Shown here in pieces: positions 29,848-39,309 of a stretch of DNA of 64,000 bases. The position numbers and the translations under genes are program-made. Source of the stretch: Candidatus Omnitrophota bacterium. GTDB lineage: Bacteria; Omnitrophota; Gorgyraeia; 1-14-0-20-64-10. Positions within the stretch are counted from its first letter, which is position 1, and each line of letters opens with the position of its first letter. The DNA is taken from contig JAMWCF010000001.1 in the NCBI GenBank assembly GCA_023818695.1, positions 3,538-67,537 of the forward strand, given 5' to 3'. The notes below the pieces were generated by a model, which ran no database searches, had not been told where the DNA came from, and saw only the letters and a program-made list of their open reading frames with translations.

Positions 29848-29874
29848 TGCCGTTTTTGCGCGCCTGATCCCGCG

Positions 29875-30765
29875 ATGACCCGTTTGACCCTCCCTTCCTA
29901 CGCGAAAGTGAACCTTTATCTGGATATTGTCGGCAGATACCCGGACGGCTATCACCAGCTTGTCACCCTTTTCGAGCGGATCGATCTGTCGGATGAGCTG
30001 ACGATGGAGACAGTCCGGGGAGATCGGGTGGATTTTTTCTGCGACCATCCGGATGTACCGACGGATACCTCCAATCTGGTGGTGCGGGCTGTGGAAAAGT
30101 ACCGCCAGGCGTCGGGATGGGACGCCGGATTGCGCATCACGCTGAAAAAACGGATCCCGGTCGGTGCCGGACTGGGCGGGGGGTCCTCCAATGCCGCGTC
30201 GGCTTTGAAAGGGGCCAACATCCTGGCCGGCAACCTGTTGCCGGAGGGGGAATTGTCCGGGATCGCCGGTCGGCTTGGAGCGGATGTCTCCTTCTTTTGG
30301 TCGCACCGCGCATGGGCATTGGGGACCGGCAAGGGGGACAGGATTGAGCCGGTGTCGATTTCGGCCCGCTTATGGCATCTCCTTGTCTATCCTTCAGTTC
30401 TGATTCCCACAAGGCAGGTTTACGAGGCCTTCAGCGTCTCCGATGGTCTGGCGCGGAGCTTGACAGCCAGCAAACCCGATGTTAAACTGCTCGTCGACGC
30501 CTTGAGAGACAATCAACAAGTGCCCAAAATCCGCAGATTTCTCTTCAATGCGCTGGAGCCCACCGTGGAGGCCCTGTATCCGGCCCTCCAGCATGTGAAG
30601 CAGACCATCCAGACAAAGGCAGAGCTTTCGAACCCCCTGATATCGGGATCCGGTTCGACCGTCATGGCTTTGTGCGGCTCTCGGGAGGAATCGGAAAAGG
30701 CGGCGTGGGCCATACGGCAAGCGGAGCCGGGGTGGGGGGTGTTTGTCGCCTCGACGAGGTCCTGA
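29875..30765 (+). CDS. ispE: 4-diphosphocytidyl-2-C-methyl-D-erythritol kinase IspE
   Basis: GHMP kinase motif PVGAGLGGGSSNAAS; N-terminal KVNLYLDI. Confidence 0.88.
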   Translation: MTRLTLPSYAKVNLYLDIVGRYPDGYHQLVTLFERIDLSDELTMETVRGDRVDFFCDHPDVPTDTSNLVVRAVEKYRQASGWDAGLRITLKKRIPVGAGLGGGSSNAASALKGANILAGNLLPEGELSGIAGRLGADVSFFWSHRAWALGTGKGDRIEPVSISARLWHLLVYPSVLIPTRQVYEAFSVSDGLARSLTASKPDVKLLVDALRDNQQVPKIRRFLFNALEPTVEALYPALQHVKQTIQTKAELSNPLISGSGSTVMALCGSREESEKAAWAIRQAEPGWGVFVASTRS

Positions 30766-30766
30766 C

Positions 30767-31165
30767 GTGGAAATCACCGACGTGAGGATTTTTCTTCAGC
30801 CCCGGGGAGACAACAAGCTCAAGGCATATGTGACGATCACGTTCGAAAATTCATTTGTTGTCAGAAATGTGAAGGTCATCGAAGGGACAAAAGGGCTTTT
30901 TGTGGCGATGCCCTCGGAACGGGTGAAGGAACCATGTCCGAAGTGCGGTTTCCGCAATGTGGTCCGCAGCAAGTTCTGCAATCAGTGCGGGGCCGGGTTG
31001 ACGCATCCTGGGCAGCATGAGGAACGGACGGGCGAGACGCCTGAAGAACGCCAGGCGGAGCATCGGGACATCGCCCATCCCATCACGATGGAATGCCGGG
31101 AATATATTCAAAAAAAGGTCCTCGACGCGTACGAGGCGGCCCGCAGCCAGTCACCAGAACAGTAG
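30767..31165 (+). CDS. spoVG: SpoVG-family protein with an inserted C4 zinc ribbon
   Basis: GTG start overlapping the ispE stop; EITDVRIFL...NVKVIEGTKGLFVAMPSERV and ...HRDIAHPIT match SpoVG, interrupted by CPKCGFRNVVRSKFCNQCG (CxxC-x11-CxxC). Confidence 0.8.
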   Translation: MEITDVRIFLQPRGDNKLKAYVTITFENSFVVRNVKVIEGTKGLFVAMPSERVKEPCPKCGFRNVVRSKFCNQCGAGLTHPGQHEERTGETPEERQAEHRDIAHPITMECREYIQKKVLDAYEAARSQSPEQ

Positions 31166-31213
31166 GTTCGGATTTCCTCGGCGGTGTTTCCGCATCCATT
31201 TGTCGCTCACCTG

Positions 31214-31284
31214 TGCCCTGTCGTCCAATGGTAGGACTCCAGATTTTGGGTCTGGTTATCCTGGTTCGAGTCCAGGCGGGGCAA
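31214..31284 (+). tRNA. tRNA-Gln (anticodon UUG)
   Basis: Manual cloverleaf: acceptor TGCCCTG/CGGGGCA, D-arm GTCC-AATGGTA-GGAC, anticodon arm CCAGA-TTTTGGG-TCTGG (anticodon TTG), T-arm CCTGG-TTCGAGT-CCAGG; no encoded CCA. Confidence 0.7.
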
Positions 31285-31325
31285 CGAACTCGAACGAGGA
31301 TTTGGGGGAATAATAAGGAGTTGAG

Positions 31326-32579
31326 ATGACGTCGATGCGAGAAAGATGTTCATTTTGCGGCAGGGGCAGGGAGCGGATCCATAAACTCTTCAGCGGTCCC
31401 AGCGGGGTTTATATCTGTGATCTGTGCGTTAAGCTCTGCCACCAGATCCTGTCGAAGGAAGAGGATCTGACGAAAGTTCCCAAGAGGCCGCCGAGCATCA
31501 AGGATCTGCCGCCGCCGAGTGACATCAAACGTCAGCTGGACCAGCATATCATCGGCCAGGAGCGGGCCAAACGGCAGGTGTCGGTGGCCGTCTATAACCA
31601 TTACAAGCGGATTTGGGCGGCCCCCATGGTCAACGATGTAGAGCTGGAAAAATCCAACATCCTGTTCATCGGCCCGACCGGTTCAGGGAAGACCCTCATG
31701 GCCCGGACTTTGGCGAAGATTCTGGATGTGCCGTTCGCCCTGTGCGACGCCACGCCGTTGACGGAAGCCGGCTATGTGGGAGAGGACGTGGAGAATGTTT
31801 TGCTGCGGCTCCTGCAGAACTGCAATTTCGACATCAAGAGGGCGCAGACCGGCATCGTTTATATCGATGAGATCGACAAGATCGGCAAGACGCAGGACAA
31901 CGTCTCCATCACTCGGGATGTTTCCGGAGAGGGTGTCCAGCAGGCCCTGCTGAAGATCGTCGAAGGGACCGTCGCCAATGTTCCCCCGCAGGGCGGACGC
32001 AAACACCCCCAGGCGGAATACCTCCAGGTCGACACCTCCAACATCCTTTTCATCTGCGGCGGCACCTTCGTTGGCTTGGATAAGATCATCAGCCGGCGGA
32101 TCGGCAGAAAGGTGATCGGTTTCGACGGCGATTCGGACAATGCAGCGGACCGTATGGATGTGGGGGATTTGCTGGCGAAGGTGGAGCCCAGCGACCTCAT
32201 CCGGTACGGGATGATTCCCGAGTTCGTCGGGCGTTTTCCGATGGTCGCTTCGTTCAGGCCGCTGGGAGAGGAAGAGCTGATGGACGTGATGCTCAAGCCG
32301 AGAAACGCCATCATCCGGCAGTACATGAAGTTTTTCGAGCTGGAGAACGTGAAGCTCACCGTTCAGCCGGATGCGCTTCTGGCGATCGCGAGGGAGGCTC
32401 TGGCCAAGGAGACAGGGGCCAGGGCGATCCGGGCGATTTTGGAGGAGATCATGCTGGAAGTGATGTTCGACCTTCCCGGGCAGAAGGACGTGGCGGAATG
32501 CATTGTCACCGCGGAGTGCGTGACGCAGCGGTCGGCCCCGCTTTTGGTTTACCGCGACGGCAAGAGAGCGGTCGCCTAG
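31326..32579 (+). CDS. clpX: ATP-dependent Clp protease ATP-binding subunit ClpX
   Basis: N-terminal C4 zinc finger CSFCG...CDLC; Walker A GPTGSGKT; no adjacent clpP. Confidence 0.93.
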   Translation: MTSMRERCSFCGRGRERIHKLFSGPSGVYICDLCVKLCHQILSKEEDLTKVPKRPPSIKDLPPPSDIKRQLDQHIIGQERAKRQVSVAVYNHYKRIWAAPMVNDVELEKSNILFIGPTGSGKTLMARTLAKILDVPFALCDATPLTEAGYVGEDVENVLLRLLQNCNFDIKRAQTGIVYIDEIDKIGKTQDNVSITRDVSGEGVQQALLKIVEGTVANVPPQGGRKHPQAEYLQVDTSNILFICGGTFVGLDKIISRRIGRKVIGFDGDSDNAADRMDVGDLLAKVEPSDLIRYGMIPEFVGRFPMVASFRPLGEEELMDVMLKPRNAIIRQYMKFFELENVKLTVQPDALLAIAREALAKETGARAIRAILEEIMLEVMFDLPGQKDVAECIVTAECVTQRSAPLLVYRDGKRAVA

Positions 32580-33803
32580 ATGTCCAGGAGGGCCTCGAGA
32601 AATCTGGCGGCTGTCGTTTTGGCGGCGGGAGACGGAACCCGCATGCTTTCCCGAATCCCCAAGGTCATCCACGCCCTTTACGGCAAGCCCCTGATCCATC
32701 ATGTGCTGGATGCTATCCGCAAGGCGGGCGTCCAGCAGATCGTTGTGGTGGTCGGCTACCGTTCCGACCTCGTGAGAAAGCAGTTGAGCGCCGGCGTCCA
32801 GACGGTGGTGCAGAAGCAGCTGAAAGGGACCGCCCACGCGGTGATGCAGGCAATGCCCCGGCTGAAAAATTTCCAGGGGGACATCATTGTTCTGTACGGC
32901 GATACGCCGCTCTTGACCGCCCAGACTGTGCAGGGACTGATCCAGACGCACCGCCGTCAGAAAGCGGTCTGCACCCTTTTGACCGCCCAGCTCAAAGATC
33001 CGGCGGGATACGGCAGGATCGTCCGGGACCAAACCGGCCGGATCGTTCGGATCGTCGAGGACGCCGATGCTTCGCAGGCCGAGAAAACGATCGAGGAGAT
33101 CAACGTCGGCGCTTATTGTTTCAACGCCAAGGCTCTGCGCCGGACATTAAAGCAGGTCAAGCCGGCTCCAAACGGGGAATATTATCTGACGGATACCGTC
33201 TCGCACTTGGTGAAGTCCGGGGCCGAACTGGCTTCCGCTTCGACCCGTTCGGTCGGGGAGTTTATGGGCATCAACACCCGCGCGGATCTGGCGAGGGTCC
33301 AGACGATCATGCGCAGCCGGATCCTTGAAAAGTTCATGTTGAGGGGGGTGACGATCGTCGACCCCTACACCACCTACATTGACGGTTCCGCCACGATCGG
33401 TCAGGACACGGTGGTCTATCCCCACACCGTCATAGAAAAAGGGGTGCGTATCGGGAGAGGATGCCATCTGGGCCCCTTCTGCCGGGTGGGATCCAATTCG
33501 ACCCTAGCCGACGGCGTTTTTGTGGGGAACTTCGTGGAGCTCTCGAACTGCGCGGTCGGCAGGAACAGCAAGATCTTCCAGCATAGTTTCATTTCCAACA
33601 CGTCGATCGGGCGGGATGTGCAGATCGGGGCCGGAACGGTGACCGTTTCGCCCAACGGCATGTGGGAAGGGCTTCGGAATAGAAGGAGAATCCGGATCGG
33701 GGACAGGGCGCATATCCAGGGAGGGTCCCTTTTTCTGGGGCCCGCGTTTATTAAACCCGGCGAGGTGGTAAAGGCCGGTTCGGCGGTAAGGAGCGGTTCA
33801 TGA
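32580..33803 (+). CDS. glmU: Bifunctional GlcNAc-1-phosphate uridyltransferase / glucosamine-1-phosphate acetyltransferase GlmU
   Basis: N-terminal LAAGDGTRM nucleotidyltransferase motif; C-terminal left-handed beta-helix hexapeptide repeats. Confidence 0.85.
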   Translation: MSRRASRNLAAVVLAAGDGTRMLSRIPKVIHALYGKPLIHHVLDAIRKAGVQQIVVVVGYRSDLVRKQLSAGVQTVVQKQLKGTAHAVMQAMPRLKNFQGDIIVLYGDTPLLTAQTVQGLIQTHRRQKAVCTLLTAQLKDPAGYGRIVRDQTGRIVRIVEDADASQAEKTIEEINVGAYCFNAKALRRTLKQVKPAPNGEYYLTDTVSHLVKSGAELASASTRSVGEFMGINTRADLARVQTIMRSRILEKFMLRGVTIVDPYTTYIDGSATIGQDTVVYPHTVIEKGVRIGRGCHLGPFCRVGSNSTLADGVFVGNFVELSNCAVGRNSKIFQHSFISNTSIGRDVQIGAGTVTVSPNGMWEGLRNRRRIRIGDRAHIQGGSLFLGPAFIKPGEVVKAGSAVRSGS

Positions 33804-34843
33804 GCGATAAGAAAGAGTCCCCTGTTCTGATCACCGGGAACGCCCACCCGCAGTTCGCCAAGCGGGTTGCGCAGGGTTTGGGGGTCTCCCTTTCCGACGC
33901 CCTGGTGGGGCGCTTTAGCGAAGGTGAGATTCGGGTCAAGGTCAACCACAACGTCCGCGGAAGGGATGTTTTCGTGATTCAGCCAACCTGTCCGCCGGTC
34001 AACGATCATCTGATGGAGTTGTTGATCATCATCGACGCCCTGAAAAGGGCCTCGGCCAGAAGGATCACCGCGGTGCTGCCCTATTACGGCTACGCGCGCC
34101 AAGACAGGAAGGACCAGCCCCGCGTTCCGATCACCGCCAAGCTGGTGGCGAACCTGATCACCGTTTCCGGCGCCGACAGGGTTTTGACGATGGATCTTCA
34201 CGCGGGACAGATTCAGGGGTTCTTTGATATCCCTCTGGACCACCTCTTTGCCGTGAACGCTTTCGTGGATTATTTCACATCCGAGCGGCTGATTCCCAAC
34301 CTGGTCGTGGTCTCGCCGGACGTGGGGGGGATCAAAATGGCGCGGGCTTACGCGAAACGGCTCAAGGCCGATCTCGCGATGGTGGACAAGCGCCGGATCA
34401 ACTCGGAAGAAACGGAAGCCCTGGATATCATGGGGGAGGTCAAGGGGAAAAACGTCCTGATCGTCGACGACCTGGTTTCGACGGCCGGCTCTCTGGTACA
34501 GGCCGTCAGGGCCTTGAAGGAGGCCGGTGCCCTCGACATTTACGCCGCCATCAGCCACCCAGTCCTTTCCGGGCCGGCTCCACAGCGGCTGGCGGCCTCT
34601 TCCCTGAAGGAGCTGGTGGTCACCGATTCGATTCCTATTCCAAAAGAGCGGCTTTTAGATAAAATTAAGGTTCTTTCCGTCGCCCCCATGTTCGCGGAAG
34701 CGATCCGACGGATCCACTGCGAGGAATCGATCAGCGGGCTCTTTCATGAGCATTGGGAAGAAGGCGGGAAGAAAGAGGAAAAAGGGCCTCCGAAGCGCTC
34801 TTCGCCGGGAAAAGGGGCGAAGCAGCAGCCGGTGAGGCATTAA
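33800..34843 (+). CDS. prs: Ribose-phosphate pyrophosphokinase (PRPP synthase) with ~30-aa K/E-rich C-terminal tail
   Basis: PYYGYARQDRK and DLHAGQIQGFF motifs; PRPP-binding loop VDDLVSTAGS. Confidence 0.92.
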   Translation: MSDKKESPVLITGNAHPQFAKRVAQGLGVSLSDALVGRFSEGEIRVKVNHNVRGRDVFVIQPTCPPVNDHLMELLIIIDALKRASARRITAVLPYYGYARQDRKDQPRVPITAKLVANLITVSGADRVLTMDLHAGQIQGFFDIPLDHLFAVNAFVDYFTSERLIPNLVVVSPDVGGIKMARAYAKRLKADLAMVDKRRINSEETEALDIMGEVKGKNVLIVDDLVSTAGSLVQAVRALKEAGALDIYAAISHPVLSGPAPQRLAASSLKELVVTDSIPIPKERLLDKIKVLSVAPMFAEAIRRIHCEESISGLFHEHWEEGGKKEEKGPPKRSSPGKGAKQQPVRH

Positions 34844-34870
34844 CACAGAAAGAGTGAAGCGGGTAAAGCC

Positions 34871-35617
34871 ATGGCACAGCAAACGGAAAAGATAACTCTC
34901 AACGCGGACGTCCGTAAAAAGGTCGGGACCAGCGGTTCGAGGGATTTGCGCCGGGAAGGGAAGATCCCCGGGATTCTTTACGGCGAAGGCGGCGTGTTGG
35001 TCCCGATAGGCGTCCAGAGGAAGGATCTGCAGCAGGTTCTGCACACCAAGGCGGGCGAGAACGTTCTCATATCATTGAAGATCAAGGGCGATACCAAGGC
35101 CCCGGAGAGCGTTGTTCTCATTAAGGAGCTTCAGCACCATCCGGTGACGCACGATATTTTGCACGTCGATTTTTACCGGGTTTCACTGACCAAGAAGATC
35201 CATGTCACCGTGCCGCTCTCCTTCAAGGGAGAGGCGCCCGGCGTCAAGGTGGGAGGGGGCGTTTTGGAACACCTGCGTTGGGAAGTGGAAGTGGAGTGCC
35301 TGCCGACGGACATTCCGAACGAAATTCCGGTCGATATCTCCGGTCTGGAGCTTAACAAGCACATCGAAGCGAAGGATATGCTGGTTCCAGCCGGCGTCAA
35401 ACTTATGTTGGAGCCGGAAACCCCAATCATCGGCTGCGTTCTGCCGAAGCTGGAAGAGGTTTCTGCGGCGGTGGAGGGAGAACCGGCGGAGCCGGAAGTG
35501 ATCACGGAGAAGAAGCCGGAAGAGGGAGTGGAACAGCCGCCTGCCGGGGAGAAGGGCAAGGAAGAGAAGGCGGTTTCCAAGAAGGAAGAGAAACCGGCTA
35601 AAGAGGAAAAGAAGTAG
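34871..35617 (+). CDS. rplY: 50S ribosomal protein L25 / general stress protein Ctc (long form with acidic C-terminal extension)
   Basis: L25 N-domain (TLNADVRKKVGTSGSRDLRREGKIPGILYG) plus a Ctc-type C-terminal domain. Confidence 0.85.
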   Translation: MAQQTEKITLNADVRKKVGTSGSRDLRREGKIPGILYGEGGVLVPIGVQRKDLQQVLHTKAGENVLISLKIKGDTKAPESVVLIKELQHHPVTHDILHVDFYRVSLTKKIHVTVPLSFKGEAPGVKVGGGVLEHLRWEVEVECLPTDIPNEIPVDISGLELNKHIEAKDMLVPAGVKLMLEPETPIIGCVLPKLEEVSAAVEGEPAEPEVITEKKPEEGVEQPPAGEKGKEEKAVSKKEEKPAKEEKK

Positions 35618-35625
35618 CCTTCCGA

Positions 35626-36207
35626 GTGAAGCTGATTGTTGGATTGGGCAATCCGGGCGCCCGTTACGAGGAAACCAGACACAACATCGGTTTTACCATC
35701 GTGAGCCGGCTTTCCAAGCGGTGGGCCATCCCCCTGAAAAAAGAGCTGTGCCGGGCAAAGGTCGGGCGGGGAACAGTCGGCTCGGACGATGTGGCGCTGG
35801 CGCTTCCGCAGACCATGATGAACGCCTCCGGTGATTCGGTGGAGCCCTTGCGCCGGCATTGGAATATTTCGCTGGCGGACATCCTGGTTGTGTATGATGA
35901 TAAAGACCTGCCCCTTGGTGTCGTCCGGTTGCGTCCGAAAGGATCGGACGGAGGGCACAAAGGGCTGGCATCCGTCATCCGCGCCGTCGGAACCGAGGAG
36001 ATTCCACGGCTGCGGGTTGGGATCGGTTCCCCGGATTCGCAGGATACCGTTGATCATGTTCTGACGCCCTTTCATCCATCCGAGAAAAAGGCGATGGAAA
36101 AAATCGCGGAACGGGTCGAGGAGGCCTGCGAAATGTGGCTGTCCCAGGGAATGACGGCGGCCATGAACCTTTTTAACAAGAAAGAACCGGATAATCAGGG
36201 GCGGTAG
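35626..36207 (+). CDS. pth: Peptidyl-tRNA hydrolase
   Basis: GTG start; KLIVGLGNPGARYEETRHNIGF Pth signature. Confidence 0.88.
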   Translation: MKLIVGLGNPGARYEETRHNIGFTIVSRLSKRWAIPLKKELCRAKVGRGTVGSDDVALALPQTMMNASGDSVEPLRRHWNISLADILVVYDDKDLPLGVVRLRPKGSDGGHKGLASVIRAVGTEEIPRLRVGIGSPDSQDTVDHVLTPFHPSEKKAMEKIAERVEEACEMWLSQGMTAAMNLFNKKEPDNQGR

Positions 36208-36229
36208 CGTTGTTTGTTAAGGAGAACTG

Positions 36230-36634
36230 GTGGCGATGAGGAAATATGAACTGTTGTTTATTTTGAAGCCGACGTTGCAGGACGATCAGACGGCCGCTTT
36301 CCAGGGCCAGGTATCGAGCGCTGTGAGTCGGGCGAAGGGACGGATTCTGGAAGGGGCCGTTTTGGGCAAGAGGAAGTTGAGTTATCCCATCGCCAATGCG
36401 GGGGAGGGGATTTACCTTTTGGTCAAGTGCGAACTGGAGGCCGATCAGATCGCTGGTTTGGAGAAATCTTTAAAAGTGATGGATGGAGTCCTTCGCCTTT
36501 TGGTCACCCGCGACACCGGGATCGCGACGCCGCCCCCTTTGAGTGAGGAGGTGTCCACCCCAAAGGCGGAGGGGAGCGAATTTGAACAGGAGGCCGCAAC
36601 TCGTCGCGTCGAAGGGACAGCCTCGCAGACTTAG
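36230..36634 (+). CDS. rpsF: 30S ribosomal protein S6
   Basis: MRKYELLFILKP... S6 family with an acidic C-terminal tail. Confidence 0.88.
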   Translation: MAMRKYELLFILKPTLQDDQTAAFQGQVSSAVSRAKGRILEGAVLGKRKLSYPIANAGEGIYLLVKCELEADQIAGLEKSLKVMDGVLRLLVTRDTGIATPPPLSEEVSTPKAEGSEFEQEAATRRVEGTASQT

Positions 36635-36651
36635 GTTTTCGGGAGGATGAG

Positions 36652-37131
36652 ATGGCGAATCTGAACAAAGTGTTTTTGATCGGCAATTTAACGCGGGATC
36701 CCGAATTGCGGTACATTCCCAGCGGCACAGCCGTGGCGACCTTTACTTTGGCGACGGGCCGCGTTTACACGATGGCATCGGGTGAAAAACGGGAAGAGAC
36801 CTGCTTCGTCCGCTGTGTCGCGTGGGCCAGACAGGCGGAGCTGTGCGGCGAGTATTTGTCCAAGGGGTCCCCTGTTTTTGTGGAGGGGCGCCTCCAGAGC
36901 CGGTCGTGGGAGTCGCCGGATGGTCAGAAGAGATCCACGATCGAAGTCGTCATTCAGAATATTCAGTTTTTGGGAAGGGGTCCGGCAAAGGGAGCCGCCG
37001 GAGAAGCGGTATCCACGGAAGAGCCGGTCGGAGCGGGCCGGGAGGCCGTATCCCCGGCGGGAGAACCAGCCGGGATTTCAGAGATCTCGGAAGCGCCCCC
37101 GGAGGGGGATGAGGGAGAGGTGCCTTTCTAA
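36652..37131 (+). CDS. ssb: Single-stranded DNA-binding protein
   Basis: OB-fold N-domain ([17 protein letters not shown]) and acidic C-terminal tip ending EVPF. Confidence 0.9.
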   Translation: MANLNKVFLIGNLTRDPELRYIPSGTAVATFTLATGRVYTMASGEKREETCFVRCVAWARQAELCGEYLSKGSPVFVEGRLQSRSWESPDGQKRSTIEVVIQNIQFLGRGPAKGAAGEAVSTEEPVGAGREAVSPAGEPAGISEISEAPPEGDEGEVPF

Positions 37132-37400
37132 TGGGAAAAGTGATGGAACGACGCCGTCATCCGACGGACGAGGCATTGGAGAAAAAAAAGCCGTTCCGGA
37201 AGAAGGTCTGCAAATTCTGTCTGGACCGGGTCGAGAGGGTCGATTATCGCGACGCCCTTCGCCTGGCTAAATTTACTTCCGAGCGGGGGAAGATTCTTCC
37301 CCGCCGCGTTTCCGGCACCTGTGCTCATCACCAGCGCCAGTTGTCGAAGGCCATCAAGCGGGCCAGGGTCATCGCCCTGTCTCCGTTCAGCGCCACCTGA
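37131..37400 (+). CDS. rpsR: 30S ribosomal protein S18
   Basis: [15 protein letters not shown]...[19 protein letters not shown]18 signature; in the rpsF-ssb-rpsR arrangement. Confidence 0.9.
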   Translation: MGKVMERRRHPTDEALEKKKPFRKKVCKFCLDRVERVDYRDALRLAKFTSERGKILPRRVSGTCAHHQRQLSKAIKRARVIALSPFSAT

Positions 37401-37458
37401 TCTTTTCGTTCCGGCCGGAGAGGCCGGTTCCGACACCTCATCATAAGGAGATCATCCG

Positions 37459-37905
37459 GTGGATCTCATATTGCTCAAGGACGTCGCAACGCTCGGGAAG
37501 ACGGGACAGAAGGTTTCCGTGAAAGACGGGTACGCCAGGAATTTCCTGATTCCAAACGGCTTGGCTGTTCCGGCGACCGGCTCCCAGCAGAAGCAGGTCG
37601 CTTCCCTCCTGGCTGCCCGGGAGAAGAAAGCGGTTGGTCTGCTGGAAAAAGCGAAAAAAACGGCCAAACAGATAGAGAACGCGCCGTGCGCCATCTCCGT
37701 GTCGGTGGGGCAGCAGGGGAAGATGCACGGGGCGGTGACCGCCGCCGACATCGCCGCAGTCTTGAAAGAGAAAGGTTTCTCCGTGGACAAGCATCAGATC
37801 CTCTTGGATGCTCCCCTGTCCACCATCGGGACGTATGCCGTTTCCGTGAAACTGCACCAGGATGTGACGGCGGTCCTCCGGCTGGATTTAGTCGCGAAGT
37901 CGTAA
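37459..37905 (+). CDS. rplI: 50S ribosomal protein L9
   Basis: MDLILLKDVATLGKTGQKVSVKDGYARNFLIP L9 N-domain. Confidence 0.9.
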   Translation: MDLILLKDVATLGKTGQKVSVKDGYARNFLIPNGLAVPATGSQQKQVASLLAAREKKAVGLLEKAKKTAKQIENAPCAISVSVGQQGKMHGAVTAADIAAVLKEKGFSVDKHQILLDAPLSTIGTYAVSVKLHQDVTAVLRLDLVAKS

Positions 37906-37906
37906 C

Positions 37907-39250
37907 ATGCCGACCCTCGAACAGATAACGGAAAAGGTTCCCCCGCAAAACGTCGAAGCGGAGATGGCCGTCCTTGGTTCGATGCTCATCGACGAAAACG
38001 CCGTGCCCCCCGCGGTGGAGCTCCTGAACCCATCCTCGTTCTATAAGGAATCCCACAGGAAAATTTTTGAGGCCATGACAAGCCTCTTTTCCCAGCAGAA
38101 GGCCGTCGACCTAGTCACGGTTACGGAGACTTTAAAGGCCGACGGCCTCCTGGAAAGCGTCGGAGGTGCCCACTACCTGGCTTCCCTGACGACGGTCGTT
38201 CCGACCACGGCGAATGTTCAGCATTACATCAAAATCGTTCGGGAAAAGGCGGTTCTGCGGGCGCTGATCTCCACCGGCACGCAGATCGTCAGCGAATGCT
38301 ACGAGAACCAGGATGACGTGGAGATTTTAGTCGACAAAGCCGAACAGCTCTTGTTTGATCTGGCGACGCGCAGCGATAGTTCTGACGCCACTTTGGTCAA
38401 GGAGCTGCTGCATGACTCCATGGAGACGCTTGAACGGCTTTCCCAGCGCAAGGATCTGGTCACGGGAGTTCCGACCGGCTTCCATGATCTGGATGTCCAA
38501 ACGGCGGGACTGCAGCCGGGCGATCTGATCATTGTCGCCGGCCGGCCGTCGATGGGGAAGTCGGCTTTGGTGACCTGCATAGCGGAGCATGTGGGGGTTA
38601 TCGAGAGGATCCCGGTCATCATCTTCAGTCTGGAGATGTCGAAAGAGCAGCTGGTTCATCGGCTGCTGTGTTCGCACAGCCGCGTGGACGTGCATAAAGC
38701 CAGAACCGGTTTCCTCGCGCAGGCCGACTGGCGGAATTTGAGCAGTGCCGCAGGGAAGCTGTCGGAGGCTCCTATCCTGATCGACGACACTCCCGCTATG
38801 TCCGTTCTGGAGCTCCGGGCGAAAGCCAGGAGATTAAAGGCCAAGCATCGGATCGGCCTGATCATCGTCGATTACCTGCAGATGATGCGGGGACCCGGCC
38901 GTTTTGAGAACCGCCAGCAGGAGATCTCGGAGATCTCCAGGTCGCTCAAGGCGCTGGCGAAGGAACTGCATCTTCCGGTGATCGCGGTCAGCCAGCTCTC
39001 CAGGGCCCCGGAACAGCGGGAAGACCGCCGTCCCCAGCTTTCGGACCTGCGGGAGTCCGGGGCGATTGAACAGGATGCCGATCTGGTTCTCCTGCTCTAC
39101 CGGGAGGAGGTTTACCGGCCCTCCGAAGACAACAAGGGGATGGCCGAGCTGATTATCGCCAAGCAGAGGAATGGTCCCATCGGCACGGTTCCAATGGCTT
39201 TCATGAAGGAATCGACCCGGTTCGAGAATCTCTCCCTCCGCCACACCTAA
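37907..39250 (+). CDS. dnaB: Replicative DNA helicase (DnaB family)
   Basis: N-terminal domain NVEAEMAVLGSML; Walker A GRPSMGKSA; RecA-like fold. Confidence 0.93.
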   Translation: MPTLEQITEKVPPQNVEAEMAVLGSMLIDENAVPPAVELLNPSSFYKESHRKIFEAMTSLFSQQKAVDLVTVTETLKADGLLESVGGAHYLASLTTVVPTTANVQHYIKIVREKAVLRALISTGTQIVSECYENQDDVEILVDKAEQLLFDLATRSDSSDATLVKELLHDSMETLERLSQRKDLVTGVPTGFHDLDVQTAGLQPGDLIIVAGRPSMGKSALVTCIAEHVGVIERIPVIIFSLEMSKEQLVHRLLCSHSRVDVHKARTGFLAQADWRNLSSAAGKLSEAPILIDDTPAMSVLELRAKARRLKAKHRIGLIIVDYLQMMRGPGRFENRQQEISEISRSLKALAKELHLPVIAVSQLSRAPEQREDRRPQLSDLRESGAIEQDADLVLLLYREEVYRPSEDNKGMAELIIAKQRNGPIGTVPMAFMKESTRFENLSLRHT

Positions 39251-39309
39251 CCTCATGCTGTAGAAGAGGTTGTCTTTCCATTCCGGCTGTGTTAAAGTAC
39301 CCCACATAG

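Noticed and set aside
31017-31329. Two small plus-strand ORFs (98 aa and 78 aa) between spoVG and clpX
   Set aside because: They overlap a well-folding tRNA-Gln cloverleaf and have no RBS; the region is the tRNA gene plus the clpX leader.
31683-33032. 449-aa minus-strand ORF opposite clpX/glmU
   Set aside because: Antisense across a gene boundary of two highly conserved genes.
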